The translations under genes and the position numbers were made by a program. A stretch of DNA of 64,000 bases, taken from contig CAVPKQ010000050.1 in NCBI GenBank assembly GCA_963705665.1, positions 3,580-67,579 on the forward strand, given 5' to 3'. This stretch comes from an uncultured Acidobacteriaceae bacterium (GTDB lineage: Bacteria > Acidobacteriota > Terriglobia > Terriglobales > Acidobacteriaceae). The notes beneath the pieces were generated by a model. It was given only the letters and a program-made list of their open reading frames with translations. It was not told the DNA's origin and searched no databases. Below, one piece after another: positions 1-9,999 of this stretch; the stretch's first letter is position 1, and each line of letters begins with the position of its first letter.

Positions 1-1
1 C

Positions 2-3000
2 TTCCGCTTACCCAGCCCGGATCTGTGGCTGGACATCTTCCAGAAGATGAAGGCCGCGGGCTTCAACGCGACCTCGCTGTACTTCGACTGGGACTACCAC
101 TCGCCGCAGCCGGGCGTCTACGACTTCTCCGGCGTGCGCGACATCGACAAGCTGCTCGACTACGCCCAGCAGGCCGGCCTCTACGTGATCGCCCGGCCCG
201 CGCCCTACATCAACGCCGAGGTCGACAGCGGCGGCCTGCCGACCTGGCTGACCACCAAGGACGAGCAGAACCGCAGCGACGACCCGAAGTTCCTGGCCTA
301 CGCCGACCAGTGGATGACCCAGATCGACCGCATCCTCGCCCGACACCAGCTGACCAACGGCACCGGATCGGTGATCGCCTACCAGGTCGAGAACGAGTAC
401 TACAACGGCTCGGCCGCCGGACGCGCGTACATGCAGCACCTGGAGGACAAGGCACGGGCCGACGGCATCACCGTCCCGCTCACCGGCAACAACAACGGCA
501 CGTTCAACTCGGGCGTCGGCGCGCTCAACGTCGACGGCCCCGACTCCTACCCGCAGGGCTTCAACTGCTCGAATCCGACCAAGTGGAACGGCGTCCCGAA
601 CATCAGCTACGACCACCCCGCCGGCAACCCGCTCTACTCGCCGGAGTTCCAGGGCGGCGCTTTCGACCCGTGGGGCGGCCCCGGGTACGACAAGTGCGCG
701 CAGCTGATCAACGACCAGTTCGCGAATGTGTTCTACAAGAACAACATCGCGGTCGGTGCCACCGCGCAGAGCTTCTACATGACCTACGGCGGCACCAACT
801 GGGGCTGGCTGGGCATGCCGGAGAACTACACCTCCTACGACTACGGCGCCGCGATCCGGGAGACCCGCCAGCTCGACCCGAAGTACTACGAGGACAAGCT
901 GATCGGCGAGTTCACCCAGTCGGTCGCGCCGCTGACCAAGACCGACCAGATCAACGTCACGCCACCGGACAACCCCGCGATCGTGGACACCGCGCGGATG
1001 AACCCGGACACCAGGACCCAGTTCCACACGCTGCGGCACGCGGACTCGACGTCCACCGCGACCGACACCACGCACATCTCGATCGACTTCAACGCCCAGC
1101 CGATCACCAGCGTGCCCTACACCTACGACGACACCGACCCGGCACTGGCGTACACCGGCACCTGGTCGCACGTGGCCAACCAGAGCTACACCGGCGGCGA
1201 CTACCAGAACACCGAGTCCTTCTCCAACACCGCGGGCGACTCGATGACGGTGAACTTCACCGGCACCGCGGTGCACTGGATCGGGTCGAGGACGAACAAC
1301 CACGGCTACGCCGACGTCTACCTCGACGGCACCAAGCAGGCCACCGTGGACGCCTCGGGCAACCAGGACCAGGCGATCCTGTTCAGCAAGAGCGGACTGA
1401 CCGACGGACCGCACACGCTCAAGATCGTGGTCGACGGCACGCACTCGACCAACTCGACCGACAACTACGTCTCCATCGACGCGATCGACGTGCCGACCGC
1501 GGCCGCGGCCAACCCGACCTATCCGGTCGTGCCGCAGCAGCCGGGCACCGGCATCTCGCTCGACGGTCGGGACTCCCACATCATCGTCGCCAACTACCAG
1601 CTCGGCGACTCCCAACTCCAGTACTCCACCTCCGAGATCATGACCAACGCGACGATCGGCAACCGCGACATCGCGGTCCTCTACGGCGATCAGGGCAGCG
1701 ACGGGGAAACCGTGCTGCGCTACTCGGCCAAGCCGACCGTCTCGGTCACCGGGGGAGCGGCCACCACGACCTGGGACCCGACCACCGGTGACCTGCGCCT
1801 GAACTACCAGCACAACGGCCTGCTCCGGGTCACGGTCAACGCCGCGGGCAAACGGCCGCTGCTGCTGTTGATCGGCGACAAGCCGACCGCCGAGACGTTC
1901 TGGCGCCAGGACACCAGCGCCGGACCGGTGCTCGTGCGCGGCACGCACCTGCTGCGCACCGCCGCCGCGCACGGCAACACGGTCGACCTCACCGGTGACA
2001 ACGCGGGCGACAACAACATCGAGGTGTTCACCGCCGCCCAGCACGTCACCTGGAACGGTCAGCCGGTGCGGACCACCCCGACCCCGACCGGGAGCCTGAC
2101 CGGCGTCATCCCGGTCGCCCAGCCGGTGCAGCTGCCCCAGCTGACCAACTGGCAGCACGCCGAGGAGTCGCCCGAGTCGCAGCCCGGCTTCGACGACTCG
2201 ACCTGGGCCGTCGCCGACAAGACCACGACGAACTCGATCACCGGCGTGACCACGCCGCCCGTGCTCTACGCCGACGACTACGGCTTCCACACCGGCAACA
2301 CCTGGTACCGAGGCCGATTCCGCACCACCGGCAAGGAGACCGGAATCCACCTCGTGTCCGACTCCGGTGGCGGCGCACAGGCATTCTCCGCCTGGCTCAA
2401 CGGAACCTTCCTGGGCAGCTCGACCACCGGCTCCGCCGACTTCACCTTCCCCGCGGGCTCGCTGAACGCCAACGGCGACAACGTGCTGTCCGTGCTCACG
2501 GTGAACATGGGCCACGAGGAGGACTACAACTCGACCAACGGCAACAAGACCGCGCGCGGCCTCACCAGCGCCGCGCTCGACGGCGCGCCGATCAACACGA
2601 TCACCTGGCGGTTGCAGGGCGTGCGCGGCGGCGAGACCGAGATCGACCCGGTGCGCGGTCCACTGTCGACCGGCGGGTTGTACGGCGAGCGGGCCGGCTG
2701 GTCGCTGCCCGGCTACCCGGACGGCAACTGGTCGACGGTCTCCCTGCCCACGACCGACACGCGGCCCGGCGTCTCGTGGTACCGCGACGACGTGACGCTG
2801 AACCTGCCGAAGGGCCAGGACACCTCGGTCGGCCTCACGTTCACCGACGACCCGAGCCGCAAGTACCGGGCGACGCTGTACGTCAACGGCTGGCAGCTCG
2901 GCAACTACGTCAACTACCTCGGCCCGCAGCACAGCTTCCCGATCCCGAACGGCATCCTGAACCCCAACGGCCGGAACACGATCGCGATCGCGGTGTGGAA

Positions 3001-3913
3001 CCTGGACGGTTCCACCGGCGGGCTGGGCAAGGTCGCGCTCACCGACTACGGCAGCTACGCCTCGTCGCTGAAGGTCGGCATGGTCAACAGCCCCGGCTAC
3101 GACCCCGCCAAGTACGCGATGCCCAAACCGCCTTCGGCGAACGTGGCACTGACCGTACCGGGCTCGGTTTCCGCCGGTCAGAGCTTCACGGCCACGGCCA
3201 CCATCCAGGTGCCGCAGTGGGCGAGCCCGGCCACCGATGTCACGGCCGCCCTCCAGGCGCCGACCGGCTGGACGGTCGGCGCACCGTCACCCGCGTCGAT
3301 CGCCGCGCTGCGCCCAGGCGGGACGGCCACGGTGCAGTGGCCGGTCACGGGGCCCGCGACGCTCACCCCCTCCTCGGCACTGACCGCCACCGTCCACTAC
3401 ACCCAGCGTGGACGCGCCGGCACCGCGAACGACGAGCGGATCGTCGGGAAGATCCCGCCGCCGCCGCCGGCCGGCACCGACGCCGTGAGCGACCTGCCGT
3501 TCCTCAGCGCCACCAACGGCTGGGGCCCGGTCGAGCGGGACATGAGCAACGGCGAGCAGGCGGCCGGTGACGGCGAGCCGATCACCATCGACGGCGTGCG
3601 CTACGCGAAAGGGCTCGGCACGAACTCGATCAGCGAGGTGCAGGTCTACCTGGCCGGCAAGTGCACCCGGTTCACCGCCGAGGTGGGCGTCGACGACGAA
3701 ACCCACGGCGCGGGCACGGTGACGTTCAGCGTGGCCGCGGACGGCAGGACCCTCGTCACCACGCCGACGATCAAAGGCGGTCAGGCCGCCACCCCGATCG
3801 ACGTCGACGTGACCGGCGCCCAGGTGCTGAGCCTGATCGTCGGCGACGCGGGTGACGGCAACGGCAACGACCACGGCGACTGGGCCTCGCCAACGCTCAC
3901 CTGCACAGGCTGA
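2..3913 (+). CDS. Glycoside hydrolase family 35 beta-galactosidase, 5'-truncated by the window edge, with an internal CBM-like beta-sandwich insert and a C-terminal NPCBM-type carbohydrate-binding module
   Basis: The frame is open from nt 2 (FRLPSPDLWLDIFQKMKAAGFNATSLYFDWDYH...YVIARPAPYINAEVDSGGLPTWL...VENEY), which is a GH35 signature. The C-terminus (GWGPVERDMSNGE...GVDDETHGAGTVTFSV...GDAGDGNGNDHGDWA) resembles the NPCBM/NEW2 module. Codon third positions are strongly G/C biased. Confidence 0.85.
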   Translation, partial: FRLPSPDLWLDIFQKMKAAGFNATSLYFDWDYHSPQPGVYDFSGVRDIDKLLDYAQQAGLYVIARPAPYINAEVDSGGLPTWLTTKDEQNRSDDPKFLAYADQWMTQIDRILARHQLTNGTGSVIAYQVENEYYNGSAAGRAYMQHLEDKARADGITVPLTGNNNGTFNSGVGALNVDGPDSYPQGFNCSNPTKWNGVPNISYDHPAGNPLYSPEFQGGAFDPWGGPGYDKCAQLINDQFANVFYKNNIAVGATAQSFYMTYGGTNWGWLGMPENYTSYDYGAAIRETRQLDPKYYEDKLIGEFTQSVAPLTKTDQINVTPPDNPAIVDTARMNPDTRTQFHTLRHADSTSTATDTTHISIDFNAQPITSVPYTYDDTDPALAYTGTWSHVANQSYTGGDYQNTESFSNTAGDSMTVNFTGTAVHWIGSRTNNHGYADVYLDGTKQATVDASGNQDQAILFSKSGLTDGPHTLKIVVDGTHSTNSTDNYVSIDAIDVPTAAAANPTYPVVPQQPGTGISLDGRDSHIIVANYQLGDSQLQYSTSEIMTNATIGNRDIAVLYGDQGSDGETVLRYSAKPTVSVTGGAATTTWDPTTGDLRLNYQHNGLLRVTVNAAGKRPLLLLIGDKPTAETFWRQDTSAGPVLVRGTHLLRTAAAHGNTVDLTGDNAGDNNIEVFTAAQHVTWNGQPVRTTPTPTGSLTGVIPVAQPVQLPQLTNWQHAEESPESQPGFDDSTWAVADKTTTNSITGVTTPPVLYADDYGFHTGNTWYRGRFRTTGKETGIHLVSDSGGGAQAFSAWLNGTFLGSSTTGSADFTFPAGSLNANGDNVLSVLTVNMGHEEDYNSTNGNKTARGLTSAALDGAPINTITWRLQGVRGGETEIDPVRGPLSTGGLYGERAGWSLPGYPDGNWSTVSLPTTDTRPGVSWYRDDVTLNLPKGQDTSVGLTFTDDPSRKYRATLYVNGWQLGNYVNYLGPQHSFPIPNGILNPNGRNTIAIAVWNLDGSTGGLGKVALTDYGSYASSLKVGMVNSPGYDPAKYAMPKPPSANVALTVPGSVSAGQSFTATATIQVPQWASPATDVTAALQAPTGWTVGAPSPASIAALRPGGTATVQWPVTGPATLTPSSALTATVHYTQRGRAGTANDERIVGKIPPPPPAGTDAVSDLPFLSATNGWGPVERDMSNGEQAAGDGEPITIDGVRYAKGLGTNSISEVQVYLAGKCTRFTAEVGVDDETHGAGTVTFSVAADGRTLVTTPTIKGGQAATPIDVDVTGAQVLSLIVGDAGDGNGNDHGDWASPTLTCTG

Positions 3914-5906
3914 CCAGCGCGGCGTCCGCGCCCGCGCGCAGGAACACCGGGATCCGCGACAGCGGCGCCTCGACGTCGATCGTCCCGCCGCCCGGGTGGG
4001 ACGTCCCGGTCCACGCGTCCGTCCAGTCCGGACCGTCCGGCAAATACACCGTTCTGGCCCGGGAGTTCGGGAACAGGACGGGCGCGACGAGCAGATCGTG
4101 GCCGAGCAGGAACTGGTCGTCGATGTCCCAGGCACGCTCGTCGCGGGGAAAGTCGACGAACACCGGCCGCATCGGTGGCAGCCCGGTCTCGTGCGCGACG
4201 CGCATCTGCCGCATCAGGTAGGGCCGCAGCCGCTCGCGCAGCCGCAGCGTCTGCCCGATCAGCTCGGCCGCCTCCTCGCCATAGGACCAGACCTCGTTGG
4301 GTCCGCCGGTCATGTCCGGACCGAACGGGGGCCTCGGATCGCGGAAGCCGTGCAGCCGGAACAGCGGGCAGAACGCGCCGTACTGGAACCAGCGCACGAT
4401 CAGTTCGCGGTAGTCGGCGGACGTCGGGTCGCCGCCGTGGAAGCCGCCGATGTCCGTGGTCCACCACGGAATTCCGGACAGTCCGATGTTCAGCCCGGCG
4501 CGGACCTGGGCGCGCAGCGATGCCCAGTCCGGGCCGATGTCGCCGGACCAGACGGCGGCGCCGTAACGCTGGCTGCCGGCCCAGGCCGACCGGCTCAACA
4601 ACACCACGTCGTTGTCACCGGCCGCGCGGGTGCCGTCGAAGAACGCGCGGGCGTGCTGCGCCGGGTAGCTGTTGACGACCTCGGCGCCCGGACCACCGTG
4701 GAAGGACAGGTTGGCGGGGTGGCCGGGCTGGATCTCGGGTTCGCAGGCGTCCAGCCAGAACGCGCGAATGCCCAGGTCGAAGTAGTTGCGCTTGACCGTC
4801 GACCAGATGAACTCCCGAGCCGCCGGATTGGTCGGATCGTAGAAGGCGACCGGCAGCTCGACCGGGAAGCCCTTGTCCCGCCAGGGAGCGTGGAACGGGA
4901 GGCCCTGCTCGGTGCCGACCAGCAGGCCGCCGTCATTCAGTTCGCGGTAGTTCTCGCTCAGCGGGCTTACCGTGGGCCAGATCGAGACCATCAGCCGCAC
5001 GCCGAGTTCGGCCAGCTCCCGCACCAGCGCGGCCGGATCGGGCCAGTCCTCGTGGTCGAAGCGCCAGTCGCCGAGGTGCGGCCAGTGGAAGAAGTCGGTG
5101 ACGATGACCGAGAGCGGCAGCTCGCGCCGCGCGTACTCCCGGGCCACCGCCAGCAGTTCGGCCTGGCTGCGATAGCGCAGTTTGGACTGCCAGAAGCCGG
5201 CGGCCCACTCCGGCAGCATCGGCGGCCGACCGGTCGCGTCGGCGTAGTTGCCGAGAATGTCGGCCGGACGCTCGCCCGCGGTGATCCAGTAGTCCAGTTG
5301 CCGGGCGCTGTCCGCGACCCAACGGGTGCCGTTCTCGGCGAGTTCGACCCGGCCGACGGCAGGCAGGTTCCAGAGCAACCCGTAGCCGCGGTTGGACAGC
5401 AGGAACGGCACGCTCACCTCGCCGTTGCGCTGCACCAGATCCAGGACCAGCCCCTTCTGGTCGAGGCGACCGTGCGTGTGCTGGCCGAGCCCGAACAGCT
5501 TCTCCCCGGGATAGCCGGCGAAGCGCTGCTCCAGCCGATGCCCGCCCCCGTGCTGCGGAAGGAACAAACGCGCACCCGGCCACCAGAAGTGTGCCCGCTG
5601 CTCCGCGAGCAGTTCCTCCCCGGAATCCGTGCGCACGAACCGGATCAGCGCGTACGGACCGGTGTCGCCGACGAGTTCCTCGACGATCGCGGTGAGCGAG
5701 CCGTTGCTGATCCGGCCGGTGCGATCGGTGACCGTCACGGTCGGCTCGGACGGTTTGGGGGTGAGCAGCGCGCCCGGCAGGTCGTCCAGGATGCGGTGCA
5801 GTCCCGCGCGCACCCGCAGGCTGTCCGCTCCCCACGGCTCGATCCGCAGCACCTCGTGCCCGATGGTCACCGCAACGGCCTTGCGGTCGTCGGTGGTCGT
5901 GATCAT
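3897..5906 (-). CDS. Glycoside hydrolase family 31 (alpha-xylosidase/alpha-glucosidase-like)
   Basis: 669-aa ORF with GH31 motifs (FWLDACEPE nucleophile region, AAVWSGDI, WWTTDIGGF acid/base region). A GAGGAAG RBS precedes the ATG at 5906. The 3' end overlaps the convergent GH35 gene by 17 nt. Confidence 0.85.
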   Translation of the reverse strand: MITTTDDRKAVAVTIGHEVLRIEPWGADSLRVRAGLHRILDDLPGALLTPKPSEPTVTVTDRTGRISNGSLTAIVEELVGDTGPYALIRFVRTDSGEELLAEQRAHFWWPGARLFLPQHGGGHRLEQRFAGYPGEKLFGLGQHTHGRLDQKGLVLDLVQRNGEVSVPFLLSNRGYGLLWNLPAVGRVELAENGTRWVADSARQLDYWITAGERPADILGNYADATGRPPMLPEWAAGFWQSKLRYRSQAELLAVAREYARRELPLSVIVTDFFHWPHLGDWRFDHEDWPDPAALVRELAELGVRLMVSIWPTVSPLSENYRELNDGGLLVGTEQGLPFHAPWRDKGFPVELPVAFYDPTNPAAREFIWSTVKRNYFDLGIRAFWLDACEPEIQPGHPANLSFHGGPGAEVVNSYPAQHARAFFDGTRAAGDNDVVLLSRSAWAGSQRYGAAVWSGDIGPDWASLRAQVRAGLNIGLSGIPWWTTDIGGFHGGDPTSADYRELIVRWFQYGAFCPLFRLHGFRDPRPPFGPDMTGGPNEVWSYGEEAAELIGQTLRLRERLRPYLMRQMRVAHETGLPPMRPVFVDFPRDERAWDIDDQFLLGHDLLVAPVLFPNSRARTVYLPDGPDWTDAWTGTSHPGGGTIDVEAPLSRIPVFLRAGADAALVSLCR

Positions 5907-5918
5907 GAACTTCTTCCT

Positions 5919-6743
5919 CTATTCCTTGATCGCCCCGCCGGTCACTCCGGCGACGACGAAGCGCTGCGCGATCACCAGCAGCACGGCGGCCGGGATCGAC
6001 GCGAGGACGGCGGTGGCCATGATCCCGTTCCAGTCGGCGGTCTGGTTGCCGACGAAGCGGTAGATGCCCACGGTGATCGGTTCGATGTCCTGGCCGGTCG
6101 TCATGGTCACCGCGAACAGGAAGTCGGCCCAGGCGAACAGGAACGAGAACAGTCCCGCGGTGACCAGCGCGTTGCGGCTGACCGGAATGATGATCGAGGC
6201 GAACACCCGCCAGTGCCCCGCTCCATCCACAGTGGCCGCTTCGGAGAGGTCCCTCGGTATCGCGATCATGAACGCGCGCAGCACCAGGATGGCGAACGGG
6301 ATGGTCGCGGTCGAGTCGGCCAGGATGAGCCCGACATAGCTGTCGATCAGGCCGAGCTTGCTGAACACGGTGTAGAGCGCGTTCGCCATCACGATGCCCG
6401 GGATCATCTGCACGATCAGCAGCGCGAACACCAGCCACGACCGGCCGGGGATCGGCAACCGGGCCAGCGAGTACGCGGCCGGTGCCGCGATCAGCAGCGA
6501 CAGCACCACCGCGCCGAGCGCCACGATCAGGCTGGTGACCAGGTGGGGGAGTTGCCCGCGCAACGCCTCGGTGTAGCCGGTGAACGTGGGACTGGTCGGG
6601 AACCAGTCCGGCGAGGCCCGCAGCAGCGCGCCGCTGGGTTGCAGCGACGCGTTGACCATCCAGTACAGCGGAAACAGCAGCACCACCACGATGAGCACAC
6701 CGACAACCGTGCGAACCCTGCTCCTCATGCTGTCGCTTTCCAT
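5919..6743 (-). CDS. Carbohydrate ABC transporter permease (MalG/AraQ-like)
   Basis: The membrane-protein part of the long ORF 5919..7259 starts at MESDSMRSRVRTVVGVLIVVVLLFPLYWMV. It has six hydrophobic segments and an EAA-like loop (DLSEAATVDGAGHWRVFASIIIP). Sequence upstream of M173 is Arg/Gly-rich high-GC read-through. Confidence 0.85.
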   Translation of the reverse strand: MESDSMRSRVRTVVGVLIVVVLLFPLYWMVNASLQPSGALLRASPDWFPTSPTFTGYTEALRGQLPHLVTSLIVALGAVVLSLLIAAPAAYSLARLPIPGRSWLVFALLIVQMIPGIVMANALYTVFSKLGLIDSYVGLILADSTATIPFAILVLRAFMIAIPRDLSEAATVDGAGHWRVFASIIIPVSRNALVTAGLFSFLFAWADFLFAVTMTTGQDIEPITVGIYRFVGNQTADWNGIMATAVLASIPAAVLLVIAQRFVVAGVTGGAIKE

Positions 6744-7693
6744 GAGGCGGCCTCGGCCAGGGTGCCGCGCGCGGAGCGCAGGTAGAGCAGGCCGAACACC
6801 GCGGTCACCACGATCAGGATGTTGCCGACCGCGGCGCCGTCGCCGAACTGGAACTGTTGGAACGAGAGGCTGTAGGACCAGGTGGTCAGTGTCTGGCTGG
6901 CGTTCGCGGGACCACCCCGGGTGATCACCATGATCACGTCGAAGACCTTGATGGTGTAGACGAGGCCGAGCATCAGCACGATGCCGGTGACCGGCCGCAG
7001 CAGCGGCCAGGTGACGTGCCGGAAGCGCTGCCATGCTCCGGCGCCGTCGAGTTCGGCCGCCTCGTGCAGCGAAGCCGGAATCGCGCGCAGCCCGCCGTGC
7101 AGGATCACCAGGTTGAACGGGATGCCGATCCAGATGTTGGCCAGGATCACCGCGGGCAGCGCCCAACCCGGACTGACCAGCCACGGCACCCCGCCCGAGG
7201 ACAGGTGCAGGGCGCGCAGCACGGTGTTGATCACGCCATGGTCCGCGTCCAGCATCCACCGCCAGACCGCGCCGCTGACCACCAGCGGCAGCAGCCAGGG
7301 CAGCAACAACAGCGAGCGCAGCAGCGCACCGCCCAGGAACCGCCCGTTGAAGAACACCGCGAGGGCCAGCCCGATGGCGAACTGGAAGACGATCGATCCG
7401 ACGGTGAACACCACCGTGTTCACGACGGCCTTGCCGAACACCGGATCGTGCAGCACGGCAAGGTAGTTGCGGGCACCGACGAAGGGCGCGTCACCGGTGT
7501 AGAACGAGCTGACGGTGTAGTTCTCCGACCCCATCACCAGGTTGTTCACCAGCGGATAGCCGAAGAACACCAGCACGTAAACCAGTGCCGGGGCGAAGAA
7601 TCCGATGGCGGCCAGCCGCTGCCCGCGGCGCCGAGCCCCGGTGCGGGTCCTGGCCAGGACGGTGCCGGCCGCCGTCGCGGTCGCCGCCGTCAC
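6725..7693 (-). CDS. Carbohydrate ABC transporter permease (MalF/AraP-like)
   Basis: A GTG start overlaps the SBP stop (GTGA at 7690-7693). Sequence runs VTAATATAAG...RLAAIGFFAPALVYVLVFFGYPL, with EAA loop LHEAAELDGAGAWQRFRHVTWPLLRP. Confidence 0.8.
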   Translation of the reverse strand: MTAATATAAGTVLARTRTGARRRGQRLAAIGFFAPALVYVLVFFGYPLVNNLVMGSENYTVSSFYTGDAPFVGARNYLAVLHDPVFGKAVVNTVVFTVGSIVFQFAIGLALAVFFNGRFLGGALLRSLLLLPWLLPLVVSGAVWRWMLDADHGVINTVLRALHLSSGGVPWLVSPGWALPAVILANIWIGIPFNLVILHGGLRAIPASLHEAAELDGAGAWQRFRHVTWPLLRPVTGIVLMLGLVYTIKVFDVIMVITRGGPANASQTLTTWSYSLSFQQFQFGDGAAVGNILIVVTAVFGLLYLRSARGTLAEAASWKATA

Positions 7694-8910
7694 GAGCCGG
7701 CCGCGGCCTGCTGCTGGGCCTGGGCCAAGGCGGACTGGGGACTCTGCGCTCCGGTCAGCGCGGCCTGGATCGCGGTGGCCAGCGCCGTGGACACCTTCGG
7801 ATATTTGGTGCCGAGGTCGGCGGTCCTGGACCGGGCCGTGTCCACTTCGGTCACGAAGGAGCGCATCGCGGGATTCCGCTGGGCGAACGTGGTCGCGGTG
7901 CTCTGCCGGGACGGCACGTAGTCGTGGCCGGTGTCCCAGCCGAGCATGTTCTTCTCCGACAGCACGCAGGACAGCACCTTGGCCGCCGCCTGCTGGGTGC
8001 CCTCGCCGGTCGCCGGGATCACGCCGACCTCGCCGCCCAGCGCCACCACCGGCGAGCCGCCCGCCGTCGGCGTCGGCAGCGACACCACGCCGTAGTGCAG
8101 GCTGCCGCTTTCGTTGAGCGTAGGCAGCGTCCACGAGCCGTTGATCATCATGGCGGCGTTGCCCGAGGTGAACTGGTCGGTCACGTCGTTCTGGTTCCAG
8201 TTCACCACCGACTTCGACGCCGAACCCGCCGAGACCAGGCCGGCGACGAACGTCAGCGCGGCGACCGCCCGCGGCGAGTCCAGGTGGGACAGATCGGCGC
8301 CGTTGCTCCAGAAGAAGGGCAGGAACTGCCAGGTGCCCTCCTCGGAGTTCGCGGCCGAGAACGCGAGGCCGTAGGTGGATCCCTTGGTCAGCTTGGCCGC
8401 GTCGGCCCTCAGTTCGTCCCAGGTGGACGGTGGGGTGATGTCGGCGGCCTGCAACAGGTCCTTGTTGTAGATCAGCGCGAGCCCGTTCACGCCGGGCGCG
8501 AGGCCATAGACCTTGCCCTGGTAGGTCCCGGCCTTGACGATGCTCTGGTAGTAGCCGTCGGTGCCGATGCCGTAGTCGGTCAACGGGGTCAGCGCGCCGG
8601 TCGCCGCGATCTCCTGGAGCGTCGGATTGTCCGTGAAGGCGAGGTCGGGCAGGGTGTGCGAGGTCGCGCCCTGGAGAATCTTCTGGGTGAGCTGGTCGGT
8701 CGGCACGCTTTGCCGGTTGACCTTCACCCCGGTCTGGGCGGTGCAGGCGCTGAGCACCTGCTGCCAGGCCGCGCTGCCGGACGTGTCCGTGTAGTAGTCC
8801 AGTTCGGTGATCGAGGACGCCGACCCGCCGCTTGCGGACGAACCGCAGCCCGCCGCCGTCAACGCGATGGCGAGCGCGGCGGCTCCGACCATCACCGCAC
8901 GTCCGGTCAT
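7690..8910 (-). CDS. ABC transporter extracellular sugar-binding lipoprotein
   Basis: The N-terminus MTGRAVMVGAAALAIALTAAGCGSS carries a lipobox. The rest looks like a family-1 solute-binding protein. Its ATG overlaps the lacI-family stop (ATGA at 8907-8910). Confidence 0.85.
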   Translation of the reverse strand: MTGRAVMVGAAALAIALTAAGCGSSASGGSASSITELDYYTDTSGSAAWQQVLSACTAQTGVKVNRQSVPTDQLTQKILQGATSHTLPDLAFTDNPTLQEIAATGALTPLTDYGIGTDGYYQSIVKAGTYQGKVYGLAPGVNGLALIYNKDLLQAADITPPSTWDELRADAAKLTKGSTYGLAFSAANSEEGTWQFLPFFWSNGADLSHLDSPRAVAALTFVAGLVSAGSASKSVVNWNQNDVTDQFTSGNAAMMINGSWTLPTLNESGSLHYGVVSLPTPTAGGSPVVALGGEVGVIPATGEGTQQAAAKVLSCVLSEKNMLGWDTGHDYVPSRQSTATTFAQRNPAMRSFVTEVDTARSRTADLGTKYPKVSTALATAIQAALTGAQSPQSALAQAQQQAAAGS

Positions 8911-9935
8911 TTTTCTGCTCCTTCGTAGCTGTGGATGCGGGCGGCGGTGCTCGACCGTTCGGTGAGCCTCGGCGAGAGCAGCCTGATCTCGGGATGGGTC
9001 TCCCCGTTGAGCTGGCGCATCGCCATGTCGACCGCGGTGCGGCCGACCTCGTCGGCCGGGATGGCGACCGAGGTCAGCGGAATCGACTGGTTCGTGGCCA
9101 TGTCCTGCGGGCAGACCGCGACCACCGAGATGTCCTGCGGCACCCGCACTCCGCGCTGACGCAGATCGGAGAGCAGCGCGGGCAGGACCGCCTCGTTGTG
9201 CACGACCAGACCGGTGGTGCCGGGTTGCGTGCGCAGCACGTCGTCGAGGCAGCCGCGAGTGGCCTCGTAGGAGGGGGCGCAGGGGCGCGCGATCGCGTGC
9301 ATGTCGCGTTCGGCCGCGGTGGCGCTGAAACCGCGCAGGAATCGGCCCGCGTAACTGGTGCCGCGCTCGTAGACGGCGGGGGAGGGGCCGATCAACGCGA
9401 TCTCGGTGTGCCCGAGATCGCTCAGGTGGCTCACGCAGACCGCGCCCGCGGCGGCGAAGTCCAGGTCGACGCAGGTCAGTCCGCGCGGGTGATCCGGGAC
9501 GCCGATCAACACGACGGGCCGCTCCAGCGACAGCAGCACCGGCACCCTCGGCTCGGCCGCTTCGACGTCCATCACGATGATCGCGTCCGCCATCGACGAG
9601 CCCGCGACCCTGCGCAGCCCGTCCGGCCCCTCGTCCTTGGTCAGCAGCAGGAGGTCGTGGTCGTAGGTACGGGCCGTGGTCACCGCCGCGGTCACGAACT
9701 GCATCACCACCGGCACGTTCTGGTCCGCGCGCAACGGCACGACGAGCGCGAGCACGTTCGACCGGTTGCCGGCCAGGGCACGGGCGCCCGCATGCGGGCG
9801 GTAGCCGAGCTTGCGGATGCTCTGCTCGACACGGTGCCGGGTCGACGCCGAGATCGATCGCTTCCCGGACAGCACATAGGACACGGTGCTGGGTGACACT
9901 CCCGCGTCGCCCGCGACATCAGCGATCGTCGCCAC
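8907..9935 (-). CDS. LacI-family transcriptional regulator, first gene of the sugar operon
   Basis: N-terminal HTH MATIADVAGDAGVSPSTVSYVLSGKRSISASTRHRVEQSIRKLGYRP followed by a periplasmic-binding-fold sugar sensor domain. A GAGGAGG RBS lies upstream of the ATG. Confidence 0.9.
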   Translation of the reverse strand: MATIADVAGDAGVSPSTVSYVLSGKRSISASTRHRVEQSIRKLGYRPHAGARALAGNRSNVLALVVPLRADQNVPVVMQFVTAAVTTARTYDHDLLLLTKDEGPDGLRRVAGSSMADAIIVMDVEAAEPRVPVLLSLERPVVLIGVPDHPRGLTCVDLDFAAAGAVCVSHLSDLGHTEIALIGPSPAVYERGTSYAGRFLRGFSATAAERDMHAIARPCAPSYEATRGCLDDVLRTQPGTTGLVVHNEAVLPALLSDLRQRGVRVPQDISVVAVCPQDMATNQSIPLTSVAIPADEVGRTAVDMAMRQLNGETHPEIRLLSPRLTERSSTAARIHSYEGAEK

Positions 9936-9959
9936 GTGCCTGCCTCCTCATCGAAGCGC

Positions 9960-9975
9960 ATCGACAGTTGTCGAT
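9960..9975. promoter_or_regulatory. Candidate LacI-type operator (perfect 7+7 inverted repeat ATCGACA-gt-TGTCGAT)
   Basis: The palindrome atcgacagttgtcgat lies 25-40 nt upstream of the lacI-family ATG, in the promoter region of the regulator-led operon. Confidence 0.35.
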
Positions 9976-9999
9976 AGCGCACGAATGTGCCAGACGTGG

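Noticed and set aside
8-9896. Very long ORFs overlapping or antisense to the annotated genes in the first 10 kb (for example 8..2932 -, 25..1791 +, 3852..6785 +, 4933..6438 -, 6857..7921 +, 7585..8928 +, 8832..9896 +).
   Set aside because: Their translations are Arg/Gly/Pro/Ala-rich low-complexity strings with no family motifs. In very high-GC DNA stop codons are rare in all frames. The opposite or alternate frames carry clear GH35, GH31, ABC and LacI signatures.
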